From: Microcystaceae cyanobacterium | Lineage (GTDB): Bacteria; Cyanobacteriota; Cyanobacteriia; Cyanobacteriales; Microcystaceae | Direction of reading: 5' to 3' | DNA: 64,000 nt | Assembly: GCA_041746575.1 (NCBI GenBank) | Contig: JBGTGT010000046.1 | Span: 32,363 to 96,362 of the forward strand | Shown here: positions 9,485 through 20,566 of the stretch, piece after piece | How the letters are laid out: each line of letters opens with the position of its first letter | Position numbering within the stretch: the stretch's first letter is position 1 | Made by a program: the position numbers and the translations under genes | Notes under the pieces: model-generated | Told to the model about the DNA's origin: nothing | Databases searched by the model: none | Seen by the model: only the letters and a program-made list of their open reading frames with translations

Positions 9485-9808
9485 TCAAATTTCTAATTCA
9501 CGGTACTCAGCAGGGGTGCATTTTTCGTAAGCTTCCATTGCTTGAGCCGATAAGGCGTAAACTAAAATTTCTTCGTTAAAAAGATGACAATGCTGATCAA
9601 CGAGGGAAATTAATTTGACGGGATGTTCAGAATCTTTGTTAAGAAACAAAACACCCGCCTCATCGGGTGCAGTCCAAGAATAAACTGCCAGTAGAGCTTT
9701 CCCGCTCCGATAATAGCAACAGTATGAACCTTGCCCTTGCTTTTGCCGCTCCTTAATTTCGTCAATCACCTCAGCGAGAAGCGTCTGATCACGCAGGGAG
9801 TGAGGCAT
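9485..9808 (-). CDS. Hypothetical protein
   Basis: Open frame with protein-like composition; start uncertain (9808 or 9859). Confidence 0.55.
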   Translation of the reverse strand: MPHSLRDQTLLAEVIDEIKERQKQGQGSYCCYYRSGKALLAVYSWTAPDEAGVLFLNKDSEHPVKLISLVDQHCHLFNEEILVYALSAQAMEAYEKCTPAEYRELEI

Positions 9809-10082
9809 AGAATTCTCTCTTTCTCTGTAGGACGATGTTTCACTGCTATTTAATGCCATTTCTAAAAACCGCAAAAGGCCTAACTGAATGTTTTTCGTAA
9901 GCCCTTTAATATCTATATATTTATTATAAGGGCTAATGAGCTTAAGACCTTTTCCTACAACCTTGTATCTCTCTTAGTAATTAGGGAAATTGACATAAGT
10001 ATATATGTCAGCAATAATACGCTAAAAATGATTCATCATTTACCTCATCGGCCAATCAGTCCCAAAAAGAGAATGTGAGGGG

Positions 10083-11168
10083 TCAATCAAGGATTTTAAG
10101 CAAAATATCTCCCATTTCTCGACAACTGACCAACTGTTTATCTGTCGAAAGAATGTCTCCGGTGCGATACCCTTGTTCGAGTACTGTTGAAACGGCCTGT
10201 TCAATTTTGGTCGCCGCTTCGGATTGATTTAGAGCGTACCGTAACATCATGGCGGCACTGAGAACTTGAGCGAGGGGGTTGGCTTTATCTTGGCCAGCAA
10301 TATCGGGGGCAGAGCCATGAACCGGTTCAAAAACCCCTGGATTTTGTTCACCTAGACTGGCAGAGGGTAACATTCCTATGCTACCCGTAAGCATAGCCGC
10401 CGCATCGGAGAGAATATCGCCAAATAGATTACCCGTGACGAGGGTATCAAATTGCTTAGGGGCGCGGACTAATTGCATGGCGGCATTATCGACGTAGAGA
10501 TGGGACAGTTCAACGTCTGGGTACTGTTGTGCCATAAGGGTGATGCGATCGCGCCATAACTGCGAAACATCTAAAACGTTGGCTTTATCTACAGAACAGA
10601 GCTTTCCTCGACGTTTTTGGGCAGTTTCAAACCCGACTTTAGCAATGCGATCAATTTCTGAGGCGGTATAGGCCATGGTGTTAACGCCTCGTTTTTCGCC
10701 GGTTTCTGTAGCAAAAATACCTTTGGGTTGGCCGAAATAAATCCCTCCCGTCAATTCTCGCACCACCATGATGTCAACGCCTTCGACAATTTCTCGTTTC
10801 AGACTGGAAGCTTCAATCAGTTGAGGAAAAATGGTTGCAGGGCGCAGATTCGCAAAAAGGTTTAATCCAGATCTGAGTCCAAGTAATCCGGTTTCTGGTC
10901 GCTGTTGACGGGGTAAATTATCCCATTTGTAGCCTCCGATGGCGGCTAAAAGAACTGCATCACTTTCCTGACAGATTTTAAGGGTTTCTGCGGGGAGGGG
11001 ATGACCGGTGGCATCAATAGCCGCTCCCCCAATTAGGGCTTCTTGGAAATAGAAATTGAGCTGAAATGACGAGGCGATCGCTTTGAGAATATCAACAGTG
11101 ACTGCCATAATTTCAGGGCCAATGCCATCACCGGCTAAGAGAGTGATACGGTAGGTGGGTTGCGTCAT
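10083..11168 (-). CDS. leuB: 3-isopropylmalate dehydrogenase
   Basis: [46 protein letters not shown]. Confidence 0.98.
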   Translation of the reverse strand: MTQPTYRITLLAGDGIGPEIMAVTVDILKAIASSFQLNFYFQEALIGGAAIDATGHPLPAETLKICQESDAVLLAAIGGYKWDNLPRQQRPETGLLGLRSGLNLFANLRPATIFPQLIEASSLKREIVEGVDIMVVRELTGGIYFGQPKGIFATETGEKRGVNTMAYTASEIDRIAKVGFETAQKRRGKLCSVDKANVLDVSQLWRDRITLMAQQYPDVELSHLYVDNAAMQLVRAPKQFDTLVTGNLFGDILSDAAAMLTGSIGMLPSASLGEQNPGVFEPVHGSAPDIAGQDKANPLAQVLSAAMMLRYALNQSEAATKIEQAVSTVLEQGYRTGDILSTDKQLVSCREMGDILLKILD

Positions 11169-11572
11169 AAAAAGTCATTAGGGTTAATTGACCAGATCTT
11201 TTATCGTAACGGAAAGATTACAGCTCAATCAATCGGTTGAGAAATTGTTAATTTTTGTAATAAATATTGTGATCAATTATCAAGACATTATTGCTAAATA
11301 TGAGGCAATATTTTTTTGTTTATTTTCTTTAATAAGAATCATTGTAAAATATTTAGATTTTCTCAGTTTTGCTAAGATTAAATAATTCTTTCTTTTAGAA
11401 AAAAATATAAGTAAAAAAACATTTACTATAAAATATAATTAACAAAAAACTATATTAAACAGGCTTAACATTGATAAAAACTGTAAATAATTAAATAAAC
11501 ATCAAGAGTTTTTGTTGAGCAAAAAAATAATGCTATAAAAATAGAGAAAGACTCATTTATTTAGGCTTAAGC

Positions 11573-12439
11573 ATGATGTGGAAAATCAAGCCCCTTCTTC
11601 CCTGCGCTGCCACTGCCCTAACGCTCGCCATTGTTCCTGCGGCGCAAGCTGTGGTGATGATACCAACACCTTTTATCCCTGCTGGGAGCATCGTCCCTGC
11701 CGAAAATTCGTTTAATGACGGTGAGCCTCCGAGTAACGCCGGACTTCTTATTAAAGATATTGTGGTGCAAACATCTGCAAATTTTGCGTCGGTTTATGAA
11801 GCTTGTTTTGAATATGGGCTATATGTAGACATATTTAACGCCAATCGCCCCCCTGCTTGTGTTGACGTTGCTAGTCTCAATACACCGCAGTTTCTGAACC
11901 AGATGGACTTAGCGATCTTGGCTGGGGGAGCCATCAGTTCACCGCCGCCTGATTTTGAACCCACGTCTAACGGGATGTTAACAGCTTTAAATAATGCCGT
12001 TGTCAGTGGGGTACAACGAACTCAAGGAAAGTTTTATTTTGATCTCAATGAGAATGGGATCATTGAGGTAGATAACCTGAATCCTCCTGTGGACGATGCT
12101 TCCTCTGAGGTGGGGGATTTTGAAGGAACGATAGTGGGTTATTCCGTTAATACTTTCATGATTCCCTATTCTCTACAAGATATCAACAATACGCCGGGGG
12201 ATCTGTTGGACGATCAAGTCACGGGTGTCTTAGGCACCTATAACCCCCATACGGGAACATGGTCAATTGATACGGATAATACAACTTTTTCAGGAGATTT
12301 GGCGATGCACGTTCGTTTTCGTCAAACTCGCACCATTAATCTGAATCCTGTCCAGAGTACACCCGAACCATCTAGCTGGGTTGGTATTTTATTGGGGGGA
12401 ATTTCTCTTTTAGTCACTCGTCGGTTTCGTCGCCGCTAA
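11573..12439 (+). CDS. PEP-CTERM sorting-domain surface protein
   Basis: Signal peptide (..PAAQA); C-terminal TPEPSSWVGILLGGISLLVTRRFRRR. Confidence 0.9.
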   Translation: MMWKIKPLLPCAATALTLAIVPAAQAVVMIPTPFIPAGSIVPAENSFNDGEPPSNAGLLIKDIVVQTSANFASVYEACFEYGLYVDIFNANRPPACVDVASLNTPQFLNQMDLAILAGGAISSPPPDFEPTSNGMLTALNNAVVSGVQRTQGKFYFDLNENGIIEVDNLNPPVDDASSEVGDFEGTIVGYSVNTFMIPYSLQDINNTPGDLLDDQVTGVLGTYNPHTGTWSIDTDNTTFSGDLAMHVRFRQTRTINLNPVQSTPEPSSWVGILLGGISLLVTRRFRRR

Positions 12440-12836
12440 AGATTAACGGTTAAAAATTAGGGCAAAAAGCGAAAAAATTGTAAAAGTTAGATATCAATCA
12501 GGTTTTACTTCTACATTCTACTTATTGATCCATCTCTTATTCTTTTTCTGTGGTTTTCAGAGGAGATGGATTTTGGGGATCACGTTTAAATTTGGTTTAA
12601 ATTTGATTAAATCTCAGTTCGGCTGTCTCTATTAGTTGCATTGAAGAGAAATGATTGATTCTTGCTTTAACATTCCTTAACTTTGATTTTAACAACAGGA
12701 TTGAGTCTAGGCATTTTTTCTATCTTTTTAACACTCAATTTTTGTTACGAAAGTATTAAGTAAATTCAAAAAGTCTTTTTCTTCAATAAAGTATAATGTT
12801 ATAAAAGACAAGTAAACTTTGATTTACTTAAATAAT

Positions 12837-14069
12837 ATGTCTGGAAAATTTAAGATATTAGCAACCTGTTCCGTGGTGGCTGCTGCATTGGGGATTTCGC
12901 CCATTGCCCAGACAGCGTTTAATATGGCGCAGTCCTCAGATTATATCCCTTCTATTAATCGCGGGTTTTCTGCACCGACTCTTGATATTCGTCCTCTGGG
13001 TTTATTTGGTCGTACCATTCCCGTCGCTTCAAGGAATGTACTGTCCTCATCCCCTTCTTCTTTATTAAAAATTACCATGCCCTTAGTAGAAGATCTGCCA
13101 GAGGAAACAGAGTCAGAAAGGATAGAGGCTACACCTTCGTTCCTTCCTGCAACAAGTGTTCAACCCGATCTTTCTGTTAACCCCCCATTGTCGTCTCAGG
13201 GAAAGACGGTCGCACCAACGTCATCAGCTCCCCCAGAGATAGTTGCGATTAGAACAACCAACCAGAATCTTTCACCGACAGCAGATTCTCTGCCTATCCC
13301 CACCGTTACGGTTTCTGAACCCGCCGAAAATCCGCAAAACTCAGGAGGGCCGAGTAATGCCGCCTTATTAGTGGAAAATGTCTATGTGCAGAATCCGAAT
13401 AAGCCGAAGTTTGCGACGGAATATAGTGTTTGTTTTGAGTATGGACGATATATAGACTTATTCAACCTCAATCGCCCTAATATTTGCTTTGAAATCCCTA
13501 GTTTTGACTTAGATCCAGTCATTGCAACGGCAGAACCCGAATTCTTAAATAATTTTGACGGAGCAACACAGGTAGCAAATGGAGTAACCCAGTCCGGTTT
13601 CCCTTTCTTCAAGCCTGTCTCCAATGGAATTAGTACTGCCTTAAATAATGCAGTTGTTGATGATGTTCGCCGCGTTCAAGGGAATTTTTACTTTGATGTC
13701 AACGAGGATGGGATTATTGAAAATCCTGATGACATCGCTGAATTTGACGGAAACATTACCAACTATTCTACGGGAGAATATCTCGTTCCCTATGCGCTTC
13801 AAGATCCCAATAACACTCCCTCAGACCCAACGGATGATACGGTTTTTTCTGTTAAATATATCTATAATTCAACCCTTGCACAATGGACATTTGATGGCAC
13901 AAATTCGACCAGCACGGATGATCTCCAGTTTTACGCTCGTTTTAAGGAGACTGGCCAAGTAACCGTTCTTGCGGAATTGCCGGAATCGTCTGGTTTGGGG
14001 GGAATTTTAGGGTTTGGGGGTTTCGTTTTGTTAATAGTTCGGCGTTTCGGCAAAAAAGACCAAGATTAG
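12837..14069 (+). CDS. PEP-CTERM-like surface protein, paralog of upstream gene with Ser/Pro/Thr-rich N-terminal extension
   Basis: Shares PSNAxLL, CFEYGxYxDxFNxNRP, TALNNAVV, QGxFYFDxNExGIIE and PYxLQDxNNTP; ends LPESSGLGGILGFGGFVLLIVRRFGKK. Confidence 0.85.
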   Translation: MSGKFKILATCSVVAAALGISPIAQTAFNMAQSSDYIPSINRGFSAPTLDIRPLGLFGRTIPVASRNVLSSSPSSLLKITMPLVEDLPEETESERIEATPSFLPATSVQPDLSVNPPLSSQGKTVAPTSSAPPEIVAIRTTNQNLSPTADSLPIPTVTVSEPAENPQNSGGPSNAALLVENVYVQNPNKPKFATEYSVCFEYGRYIDLFNLNRPNICFEIPSFDLDPVIATAEPEFLNNFDGATQVANGVTQSGFPFFKPVSNGISTALNNAVVDDVRRVQGNFYFDVNEDGIIENPDDIAEFDGNITNYSTGEYLVPYALQDPNNTPSDPTDDTVFSVKYIYNSTLAQWTFDGTNSTSTDDLQFYARFKETGQVTVLAELPESSGLGGILGFGGFVLLIVRRFGKKDQD

Positions 14070-14295
14070 TCTTCTCGCGGAAGTCGGCTCGTATTTGGCA
14101 CACTTGATGAGGTGGCAATCGGCGGTAATTGCTTTTTTTGAACGATCTCAAGGTCAAGCTTGCACAGCGATCGCTGATGTCTAAGGGTTCTGTTAAGATT
14201 TAAGGAGTAGCCGCTATCTTTGATTTGATGAAAAGAACGATAATTTTCTCGATAACTGGGTGTTTAGGCTCCAGATTATTTCAACCGCTCATCAA

Positions 14296-14838
14296 TTAAT
14301 AATTTCCCAAAAACCAATTCCCTTCAGCCTCTGGTTTTTCACTATAAAGAAACTCATCAAATAAGGCTATCAATTCATCTTTGTCCAAAAAACCATCTTG
14401 ATTTAGATCTAATTTTGAAAAGATTTGTCGTGCTTCGGGTTCTGCAATTTCATAGATTTGATAAAATTGCTGAAATTCTGCTGAATTTGCCTTCCCGTCT
14501 TGGGAATAATCCATCGCTTTTAAGGTCATATTAATAATAGCTTGCTTAACGTAGGGTGCTTCTGAAAGATAAAGCATTTGCTCTAAATACCATAACCATT
14601 CTTTTAAAGTGATTTTACCATCAGCGTTACGGTCTGCCCAAACTTGTAAACGATGACTAAAACCAGTCCAAAAAAAATGGAGTTCTTCGTAATCGGGATT
14701 ATCCCATGTCCATCCTCGCAAATGAATAATTTTGTCGAGGGTTTGCTGGAAATCTTCTGGACTAAGTACTCCATCTTTATTTCGATCTAAAATATGAAAG
14801 AAACGGGTTAATTTTCTTTGTCTGAGTTCACTGAGCAT
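14296..14838 (-). CDS. EF-hand calcium-binding protein (calerythrin/SCP-like)
   Basis: Loops DRNKDGVLSPED, DRNADGKITLKE, DYSQDGKANSAE, DLNQDGFLDKDE. Confidence 0.9.
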   Translation of the reverse strand: MLSELRQRKLTRFFHILDRNKDGVLSPEDFQQTLDKIIHLRGWTWDNPDYEELHFFWTGFSHRLQVWADRNADGKITLKEWLWYLEQMLYLSEAPYVKQAIINMTLKAMDYSQDGKANSAEFQQFYQIYEIAEPEARQIFSKLDLNQDGFLDKDELIALFDEFLYSEKPEAEGNWFLGNY

Positions 14839-14968
14839 GGCAATATAATTCTGAGATAGCCTAGTTATTTTACTCTGCTAAAAGCATCAAAAAAACTGAA
14901 TTCTTAATCTTACTCCGCTTGTTGAGTTTTCGTCTTTTAATAATTCATCAAATCAATCAAAAAACGTT

Positions 14969-15724
14969 TTAAATCCGATTACTCATTAAGGCGAATCCGA
15001 TCGCAATTATTGCGCCTAATAGGGTATTGATAAAATTCACCACTTCATTGGTCAACCATTGCCAGCGAGATTGTAAGGTTGCACCGATGAGACTTTCGAG
15101 GTTTGTGGCGATAAATGCCGCTAAAATGCACCAAAGCACGCCGATTAAGGGGATTATACCAATCAACCACCCTAAAAGGGCAATAGCGATCGCCCCAACT
15201 ATTCCCGCCAATGTGCCTTCTAAGCTCACTGCACCTTCTGTGCCTCGTGGTACGGGTTGTAAGGTTGTAATAAGAAAGGTGCGTTTTCCGTAGGCTTTTC
15301 CCACTTCTGAGGCAGTCGTATCTGCCAATTTTGTGCAGAAACTAGCAACATACCCTAAAATCAGCAATTCTCGGACAGGATATGTCACAAATAACGTTCC
15401 GATGGCGCATAGCGTCCCCGTTAAGGCAGAACCCCAGACATTTTCTGGACCTCGTTGACCTGAGCGTTTTTCGGCAATCCCTTCAGCGGCTTTTTGTACC
15501 ATACCGATCCGCGTTACCGCAGAACCAACGAGAAAATAGAATATAACAATCGCATAACCTCGCCATCCGAGGGTTCCCCATACAATAACCCCTAAGAGCC
15601 AGGCATGGAGGTAACCAACGGGAGTTAAAAGTTTTTTCGGTGCAATGAAAGCAAAAGAAAGTAAAAGCGTATTTAAACCAATCGCCAGCCACCACGGTTG
15701 ATAAGAAGTAAAAATTTCAGTCAT
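14969..15724 (-). CDS. TIGR00297/DUF92 family membrane protein
   Basis: RGPENVWGS, KLADTTASEVGKAYG, GTEGAVSLEGT. Confidence 0.92.
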   Translation of the reverse strand: MTEIFTSYQPWWLAIGLNTLLLSFAFIAPKKLLTPVGYLHAWLLGVIVWGTLGWRGYAIVIFYFLVGSAVTRIGMVQKAAEGIAEKRSGQRGPENVWGSALTGTLCAIGTLFVTYPVRELLILGYVASFCTKLADTTASEVGKAYGKRTFLITTLQPVPRGTEGAVSLEGTLAGIVGAIAIALLGWLIGIIPLIGVLWCILAAFIATNLESLIGATLQSRWQWLTNEVVNFINTLLGAIIAIGFALMSNRI

Positions 15725-15861
15725 ACTTTTATCTTTGCTTGAGTTTAACTTTGATGGGCTTACTTGAGATTATGTTTGTAAAAACTACATAAAATAAGAA
15801 ATTAGCCAGAAATCTTGAATTGAAAGCCGATAGGGCTACAAAGCTTTCGCCCAAGACCTTT

Positions 15862-17334
15862 CTATCTTCCTCCGACGGTGATGGAATCGACCTTTAAGTG
15901 GGGTTGTCCAACGGTGACATAGACGCTACCACTGACGGAACCGCAGAATCCGGCGGCTAATCCTAAATCTTGCGAACAGAGGGAGATTTTTTGCATAATA
16001 TCGGTTGCTGTACCAATTAAGGTTGCCCCCTTCAAGGGTTTGGTAATTTTGCCATTTTCAATTAAATAGGCTTCTGATACAGCAAAATTAAATTCTCCTG
16101 TCGCGCCAACACTTCCGCCACCCATTTGCTTACAATAGATTCCTTTATCTATCGAGGCAAATAGAGCATCGAACGTGGCGTCACCTGACGCAATATAGGT
16201 ATTACGCATCCGAGAGGCTGCAGCATAGGCGTAACTTTGACGGCGACCACTTCCTGTGCGAGGGTGACCTGTCCGCATTGAACCTGTGCGATCTGCGATA
16301 AAATTCTTTAAGATGCCATTTTCAATCAATAAGGTGCGCTGGGTGGGCATTCCTTCATCATCCATGTCAATCGTGCCGAAAGCTTTATCCGTTAATCCTT
16401 CATCCCATGCGGTCAAACTTTCGTGGGCAATTTTTTCGCCCTTTTTCTCGCTAAAGGGACTGGTTTTATGTTCAATTTGCGTGGTTTCGAGTAAATGTCC
16501 GCACGCTTCGTGGAAAATCACCCCGCCAAACTCGTTGGCCATAATAATGGGATACGTCCCCGATTCTACATAATCGGCATAAAGCATCTTACCAGAGGAT
16601 TCTGCCAGTTCTTCGGCAGTTTTTTCTCGATTCCATGTTCTCAGGAAGTCTGGCTCACTGGTACTGCCTAATCGTTTACTCATTGAGGAACGATGTTCAC
16701 CATCAGCGCAAAGTAAGGAGCATCCGACGGATTGGGTTAAGCGAATGTCTCTAGCAAATGTGCCATCACTAGCGGCGATTAGAACTTCTTGCCAATCCCG
16801 AAAGTACATCGCTCGTCGAGATTGAATGTGAGAGGCTTTCTGATTAAGCTTATCTGTAGATTCTAAGAGAATATCTCCCATTTCTGCCATTGAGCTACAG
16901 TTTCCCAGCCAAATTTCTTTATTTTTTAGAGTAGCATAATCCCGTAGAATCTCTAAGTTAATTTCGGGAATATAGGCGTTAGCTGAGGGTAAATTTAAGC
17001 CTAAAATGGATAATCCTTTCTCTAGAGAAGATTTTAAACCAGAAAATGACAAATTATTGGTGCTAACGTAACAATCCGACTTGTTTTTGTACACTCGAAC
17101 GCCGGCACCAGTGGATAAACGGGGGGAAATGCTCGTAATTAGGTTGTCTTCTGCTAAACAACTAATATAATTGACTCTTTCTAAGAAAAATTCTACAAAA
17201 TCAGCCCCTGCCGCTCGTCCTAAGCCGAGTAATGTTGAGAGAGGCGCACGCCATGTTTCATCAAACCGTTCACGACTGGGATGATATTGCAGTTTGGGTA
17301 ATTCTTGGGAAAGTAGCAAGGAAGTCCGTGACAT
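15862..17334 (-). CDS. tldD: TldD/PmbA family metalloprotease (TldD subunit)
   Basis: [30 protein letters not shown]. Confidence 0.92.
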   Translation of the reverse strand: MSRTSLLLSQELPKLQYHPSRERFDETWRAPLSTLLGLGRAAGADFVEFFLERVNYISCLAEDNLITSISPRLSTGAGVRVYKNKSDCYVSTNNLSFSGLKSSLEKGLSILGLNLPSANAYIPEINLEILRDYATLKNKEIWLGNCSSMAEMGDILLESTDKLNQKASHIQSRRAMYFRDWQEVLIAASDGTFARDIRLTQSVGCSLLCADGEHRSSMSKRLGSTSEPDFLRTWNREKTAEELAESSGKMLYADYVESGTYPIIMANEFGGVIFHEACGHLLETTQIEHKTSPFSEKKGEKIAHESLTAWDEGLTDKAFGTIDMDDEGMPTQRTLLIENGILKNFIADRTGSMRTGHPRTGSGRRQSYAYAAASRMRNTYIASGDATFDALFASIDKGIYCKQMGGGSVGATGEFNFAVSEAYLIENGKITKPLKGATLIGTATDIMQKISLCSQDLGLAAGFCGSVSGSVYVTVGQPHLKVDSITVGGR

Positions 17335-17473
17335 AAATCTTTATCGTTTGATGGATAAGTAGGGTTGCAGTTTATTTATTATAACTTCTCATTAATTAAA
17401 TTCCCATCTAACTCCTTCTCTGTTTGAAGATATATAATCTTAAATTAAGTAACCAATTTAAGGCGTATTAAGA

Positions 17474-18069
17474 GTGATAAACCTTTTTAGATGCCAGTAA
17501 TTTAGTTTTAAAAGATGTGCATAATTCTCTTAAACTCGAACGAAAATTAAAAGACTCTTTTATTTTCTTACTTCCTTTGGAAGATTCGTCTGAGAAGGAA
17601 CAAGGAGCTTTGGAAAAAATTTGAAAGCTATTATGAGGAAGGTAAACTTTTAGAAGGAGAAGTTAAATTTTTAGTGTTATCATCTTTGATTTGGTTAGCA
17701 GGTTTTTATAACCCTCAGATTAAAATTACATTGGAGGAAAATATTACGACGATTCAAATTCAAGATGGGGATATCTTAATTAAAGGTCGCATGAGTACTT
17801 TAGCAGTGACTCGGACTGAAAATGATACCACTTCGCTATGGATATTATTAATCAAATCCAAAAGAAGTCGGATTATTACTTTAGAAGGTTTACCCCAATT
17901 ATTAACCTATGCTTCCACCAGTTTAAATCATCAAGATTCGGTTTAGGGATCAACTCCCAATGGCATTAACTATCAATTTATTTATCTTGAAAAAAATCAA
18001 AATATGGTTTATTACCTTTATCAGAATTAAGTCTTACAAGTTTTAACAACATTAAATAAACAGTTATGA
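17474..18069 (+). pseudogene. Degraded type I restriction enzyme R N-terminal (HSDR_N)-like gene
   Basis: Fragments LDASNLVLKDVH..GKLLEGEVKFLVLS..LAGFY..IKGRM..GLPQLLTYA..NGINYQF..LQVL, broken by stops and frameshifts. Confidence 0.65.
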
Positions 18070-18118
18070 GCGAGAACTTTTCTCTATATTGTAAAAAGTA
18101 ATGATCTAAGCATATTAT

Positions 18119-18589
18119 TCAAAGTAAATAATCCTCGTTCAAATTCTCTGCTAAGGTAAAAGGAGACTCAATAGGGAAAATATAAAAATTTAACCCTGTT
18201 TCCAAAGATGCTTCTTTTCTGACTTTACGATAACAGTGAGTCAAAATCTCAATAACATTCAGTAATATAAGGCATTAAACGGGTACTATTTTCTCAAGAT
18301 TCTCTGATTCTTACTCGATCTTCAAAAATCGTATATAAACAACTATTGGAACGTTTTTTAGATTAATATTTACATTTTAATAAGTGCATTAAAACTACTC
18401 TTAAATTACTTGCCAAAGCGTGCTTTTCTATCCTTTCCATACTTTCAATTTCTTCAATTAAATTTTCGTAGTCTAACTGATCCAACTGACGATCGCTTAA
18501 TAATTCTGCTGTTCTTTTTAACCAAAGATAATATCTTGTTCATAAAGATGGTTGCTTTTTTCATAATCATTAGGTTTAATCAAAGTCAT
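18119..18589 (-). pseudogene. Degraded DUF29-family gene
   Basis: Minus-strand fragments LYEQD / LWLKRTAELL..LDYENLIEEIESM..LASNLRVVLMHLLK / KRSNS..RVRI / CYRKVRKEASLETGL..FPIESPFT..EDYL, with frameshifts and internal stops. Confidence 0.75.
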
Positions 18590-18827
18590 AATTTGATCAT
18601 TTTCAAGAAATAAATAGGATTATTTTGATATTATCTTACACGATTTTTCAAAAACAATGAGAGACTTAGAGGATAACGTAATCCGGTGCATCATTCACTG
18701 AGGACATAACTGTCAAACCCTCACCCGATCAGTCACAATAAGTCAATTCAATGCGTAACAGCCGATTAACTCTTACCATTGTTTTAAGTTAAGATAAGAT
18801 AAGTATTATTAACATCTCTTAATCTAT

Positions 18828-19838
18828 ATGATGCTGAACCGTCTGAAAACCTCCCCCTTTTTTTACCCAATTATTTTGATTTCTCCCTTTTTTCTGTGGG
18901 GAACAGCGATGGTGGCGATGAAAGGAGTGATGGATACGACTACTCCCCTTTTTATGGCGGCAATTCGTCTGTTTCCGGCGGGATGCTTGATTTTACTACT
19001 AACAGTTCTGTTGAAACTGCCTCAACCGAAAACCCTTAAGGCATGGTTAGGGATTGCCCTTTTTGCCTTATTAGATGGCACAATGTTTCAAGGATTTTTA
19101 GCGGAAGGATTACAGCGAACAGGTGCAGGATTAGGCTCAGTCATTATTGATTCTCAACCCCTTGCAGTCGCGTTACTTTCTAGCTGGTTATTTGGCGAAA
19201 TTATCGGGGGATGGGGATGGTTAGGCTTAATTATTGGTATTTTTGGTATTAGCTTAATCGGTCTACCTCAAGAGTGGTTATTACACGCTTTTGATAGTCA
19301 ATCGGTGGCGATGAGTTGGGAATGGCAGGGGTTATTGAATAGCGGAGAATGGTTGATGTTGATGGCTTCGCTATCGATGGCAACGGGAACAATTATTATT
19401 CGCTATATTAGTCGTCAGGTTGACCCCGTAGTGGCGACAGGTTGGCACATGATTTTAGGAGGAATTCCTTTATTTATTGGGTCTAGTTTATGGGAGTCCC
19501 ATCAATGGCAAGCGATTACCCCGTCTGGTTGGCTCTCTCTAAGTTATGCAACGATTTTCGGTAGTGCGATCGCTTATGGGGTCTTTTTCTATATCGCTTC
19601 TCAAGGAAATCTGACCAGTTTCACTGCTTTAACTTTTCTTACGCCTGTTTTTGCCTTAACGTTTGGCAATTTCTTTTTAGCAGAGGTTCTGACGCCGTTG
19701 CAATGGTTAGGGGTTGGTTTTACGTTAGTCAGTATTTATTTAATTAATCAACGGGAAAAAATGGCAGAAAATATACAGTTATTACTATCTTTTCCTCAAT
19801 ACCTTAAGCAGATTATTAAAAATCCCCTTATTAGTTAA
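18828..19838 (+). CDS. DMT/EamA family transporter
   Basis: FLWGTAMVAMK, FQGFLAEGL, IDSQPL; ~10 TM. Confidence 0.92.
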   Translation: MMLNRLKTSPFFYPIILISPFFLWGTAMVAMKGVMDTTTPLFMAAIRLFPAGCLILLLTVLLKLPQPKTLKAWLGIALFALLDGTMFQGFLAEGLQRTGAGLGSVIIDSQPLAVALLSSWLFGEIIGGWGWLGLIIGIFGISLIGLPQEWLLHAFDSQSVAMSWEWQGLLNSGEWLMLMASLSMATGTIIIRYISRQVDPVVATGWHMILGGIPLFIGSSLWESHQWQAITPSGWLSLSYATIFGSAIAYGVFFYIASQGNLTSFTALTFLTPVFALTFGNFFLAEVLTPLQWLGVGFTLVSIYLINQREKMAENIQLLLSFPQYLKQIIKNPLIS

Positions 19839-19873
19839 TCGTTAATCGTTGGCGTTTTTTTAAAGAGAATAAA

Positions 19874-20497
19874 CTAAGAGAATTGACCATAAAAAGGCAA
19901 AGAATCTGACCACTGAGGTCGTTGACCTTCTTGCCATTGCATATTCGCTAATTCTAATAAACTGTCGACTGTGTCGCCTAAATTATCTGGCGTTTGGATC
20001 ACTTTTTCTTTTAGTTCCAAATCTTCTAATTTTTGTTCCCATACTGACGGCAATATAACCTGATCTTCAACATAGGGAATAAGCTGGGTCTTCTCTGCAT
20101 TAAACTGATAAACTGCTCCATAGAGATAGTCTTTTGTGGCGATCATTTGTAGAGGAAGATAAGTATCAAGAAAATAATGGTTTCGGCATGACCAAGCGTA
20201 GGTTTTTAAACTAGAAAGGCTAAAAATAGGAAGGTTTAACTGTTGTCCTAACGTTCTCGCTGTGACAATCCCAAGGCGGGTACTGGTAAAACTACCGGGT
20301 CCCTTTGCGACGGCAATATAGGCGAGTTCTTGCCATGTTTGAGGTTGAAGAAAATGAAGTAAAAGTAAATGTAATTGATTCGATAATTGACGATCTAATT
20401 GCCATGTTTGATATCGAATAATGTTGGTATTCAAGTTTAATCCTAGTCCTAATTGACCCGTTGTTGTGTGGATTCCTAATCCGTATTTTTTTTTCAT
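19874..20497 (-). CDS. tsaB: tRNA threonylcarbamoyladenosine biosynthesis protein TsaB
   Basis: LGIHTT, IAVAKGPGSFTSTRLG, C-terminal LPFYGQ. Confidence 0.9.
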   Translation of the reverse strand: MKKKYGLGIHTTTGQLGLGLNLNTNIIRYQTWQLDRQLSNQLHLLLLHFLQPQTWQELAYIAVAKGPGSFTSTRLGIVTARTLGQQLNLPIFSLSSLKTYAWSCRNHYFLDTYLPLQMIATKDYLYGAVYQFNAEKTQLIPYVEDQVILPSVWEQKLEDLELKEKVIQTPDNLGDTVDSLLELANMQWQEGQRPQWSDSLPFYGQFS

Positions 20498-20566
20498 ATC
20501 AATGGAGATTTGACCAGATAACAAATCATCTAATTCTTAATAACTGCCTAACGTCTAAAAGTCTTT

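Noticed and set aside
11188..11385. 65-aa ORF
   Set aside because: Low-complexity AT-rich promoter DNA with a TTG start and no RBS
18410..18613. 67-aa plus-strand ORF
   Set aside because: Antisense shadow of the DUF29 pseudogene
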